Shown here: piece after piece, positions 62,447-64,000 of the stretch
Layout: each line of letters opens with the position of its first letter
Position numbering within the stretch: the first letter of the stretch is position 1
Virus record (IMG/VR): IMGVR_UViG_3300046003_007892
Span: 62,001 to 126,000 of that record
Length of the DNA stretch: 64,000 nt
Strand: one strand, 5' to 3'
The notes under the pieces: generated by a model
The model's database searches: none
What the model was told of the DNA's origin: nothing
Seen by the model: only the letters and a program-made list of their open reading frames with translations
Made by a program: the position numbers and the translations under genes

Positions 62447-62931
62447 CAGTCTTCGGTGTTCTCGGTCAGCCCCATGAGCATGACGAGTCGCTCCCATTGG
62501 CCCCGGTAGTCGTCGTTAGCCAGGATGGCGTCGAGCATGATCTGGAAGTCGCAACCCTTCTCGGCCGCGTTCAGGATGTTGGTCACCATGTCGATGTCGG
62601 ACTGGTTGTTCTCCGTCGAGGCAAGCTCGCTGTCGAGTTCCTCTGACCGGGTAAACTGCCAACGCAGAGGGATTCGCCGCTCTAGCCCGCCCATGGAGAG
62701 CATATTGAAGAAATTGCTGACCCGCTCGTTATTGCTACGCAGAAGAGCCACGTGTTCGGCGTGCTGGGACTTCAGTCTCGTGATCTCCGACATCCACCGT
62801 TGCTCGGCGGCCTGCTCGATGGCGAAAGTGTCGGGAGTCTGCGAGGCCATCTGGATGAGGGCGGCGCGGAGATCATCAGAGCCGCCCTGCGAGTTGAGGG
62901 CGTCGTTCATGTCGTCGTTGGTTTGGGTCAT
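62446..62931 (-). CDS. hypothetical protein
   Basis: 161 aa. Confidence 0.65.
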   Translation of the reverse strand: MTQTNDDMNDALNSQGGSDDLRAALIQMASQTPDTFAIEQAAEQRWMSEITRLKSQHAEHVALLRSNNERVSNFFNMLSMGGLERRIPLRWQFTRSEELDSELASTENNQSDIDMVTNILNAAEKGCDFQIMLDAILANDDYRGQWERLVMLMGLTENTED

Positions 62932-62951
62932 TCGTCCTTTCGGCCGACGAC

Positions 62952-63263
62952 TTAAGCGGTCGGCTCGGTGGTGATCTTCACGCTATGCTGGCCGTGTTGG
63001 GCGCAGAAAGCGGTAGCGCGATCAACGCGCTGGTTTGCGACTTCACGGGGGTAGGTCCCCACGGTGGCGCGCTTCTTGTCCTGAATGGTCGCCGCCAGGG
63101 ACTTGGCCTCGGAGGCTTCCTTGTAGAAGATGGCCGCCAGCAGGGCGATCAGGAACTGCGGCGGCGCCGGGGTTCCATCCTCATTGTGAACGATGACGCG
63201 CCACAGCTTCGGCATCGAGAGCCGTTGCTTGGTACGGGATTCGGTCATCGTATCGTCGGACAA
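62952..63263 (-). CDS. clpS: ClpS-like N-degron adaptor
   Basis: PKLWRVIVHNED.TP..F..LL..IF..A..VGTYPREVA. Confidence 0.75.
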   Translation of the reverse strand: MSDDTMTESRTKQRLSMPKLWRVIVHNEDGTPAPPQFLIALLAAIFYKEASEAKSLAATIQDKKRATVGTYPREVANQRVDRATAFCAQHGQHSVKITTEPTA

Positions 63264-63351
63264 GGGACACCTCTGAAAAACTTGAAATCAGAGCATGACC
63301 CCAAAACGCGATTTGGTCAACTAAAAAAGACGGCCCCGAGAGGCCGCCTCC

Positions 63352-63579
63352 TTATGCGTTCTCGGCAGCGAGACGCTTGGCTTTGGCGACCCGGCGCGTG
63401 CCTTCGGCTGCCTTGCGACGACGAACCGTGGACGGTTTCTCGAAGAATTGGCGAGCACGAATTTCCTTGAGAATGCCCTCTTGCTTGACCTTGCGGTTCA
63501 GCAAACGGATGGCCTTCTCAATGTTGTTGTTGCGGACTTCGACCAGAAGGCCCCGCTTTTCAAAAGACTTTACAGCCAC
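63352..63579 (-). CDS. rpsU: ribosomal protein bS21
   Basis: VEVRNNNIEKAIRLL.RK..EGILKEIRARQFFEKPS. Confidence 0.9.
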   Translation of the reverse strand: MAVKSFEKRGLLVEVRNNNIEKAIRLLNRKVKQEGILKEIRARQFFEKPSTVRRRKAAEGTRRVAKAKRLAAENA

Positions 63580-63653
63580 GAAAATAACTCCAAGTATTAC
63601 CCCTGCGGCAATACTATGAAATTATAGGTCTTTACTGTATTGGTTGTCAAATA

Positions 63654-64000
63654 TTATTGATGGCGTTCTTTGTAGATGTCAGCCTTCGACTTGACCGGAG
63701 CCAGGACGGCTTGCATGTCGCGACCACCATCGGCGAGGGGTTTGTCGAGCTTGTGCTCTCCGACCATCCCAAGGAAGGAATCGACTGTCGCTCGACCGAT
63801 ATCCTTGTGGGCCCGTTCGCGGCCACGGAAGCGGACCACGATCTTGACCTTGTTGCCTTCAGCGAGGAACCCTGCGGCCCGCTTCGCCTTGACGAGAAGA
63901 TCGTTGTCGTCGGTGCCCGGCCGTAGCTGAACTTCCTTGACCTCAATCGTTAGCTCCCGCTGGCGGCGGGCAAGCTCTCGCTCCTGTTTCTTTTTCTCGA
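63654..64000 (-). CDS. infC: translation initiation factor IF3, C-terminal part (5' end beyond window)
   Basis: VKEVQLRPGTDDNDL..K..FLAEGNKVKIVVRFRGRE. Confidence 0.9.
   Translation of the reverse strand, partial: EKKKQERELARRQRELTIEVKEVQLRPGTDDNDLLVKAKRAAGFLAEGNKVKIVVRFRGRERAHKDIGRATVDSFLGMVGEHKLDKPLADGGRDMQAVLAPVKSKADIYKERHQ

Noticed and set aside
1-64000. Genome-wide TGA or TAG recoding
   Set aside because: Conserved genes (ClpP, CysRS, ValRS, Rnl1, Adk) are full length in the standard code; many genes end in TAG or ATGA overlaps
1-64000. CRISPR array, integrase or IS element
   Set aside because: No spaced direct repeats and no recombinase or transposase motifs seen

Overview
64 kb of a GC-rich, T4-like jumbo phage genome, probably infecting an alphaproteobacterium (inferred from promoter style). 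Most genes are small, minus-strand hypotheticals under TTGACA-N16-TA promoters. Interspersed on both strands are genes starting only 4-6 nt after a T4-like late promoter core (TAAATA), so probably leaderless. Eleven of these share an N-terminal MR-x(5-8)-E peptide like the T4 capsid-targeting sequence and carry ADP-ribosyltransferase-like or metallopeptidase domains. The window is rich in translation genes: CysRS, a ValRS lacking the editing domain, an RF1-like factor, PTH2, Rnl1 RNA ligase, bS21, IF3 and two tRNA operons, plus ClpP, ClpS, Adk and MoxR/vWA. Most striking: each tRNA operon starts with a short leader ORF whose last codons match that operon's tRNAs (AGA/AUA; AAA/AGG). Each also holds an antisense homing endonuclease and ends in a D-arm-reduced tRNA-like RNA whose anticodon reads the leader's final codon. 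Two tRNA-Lys have long class-II variable arms. The release-factor gene has an in-frame UGA at a conserved Trp. All calls are by eye, with no database search or folding program.
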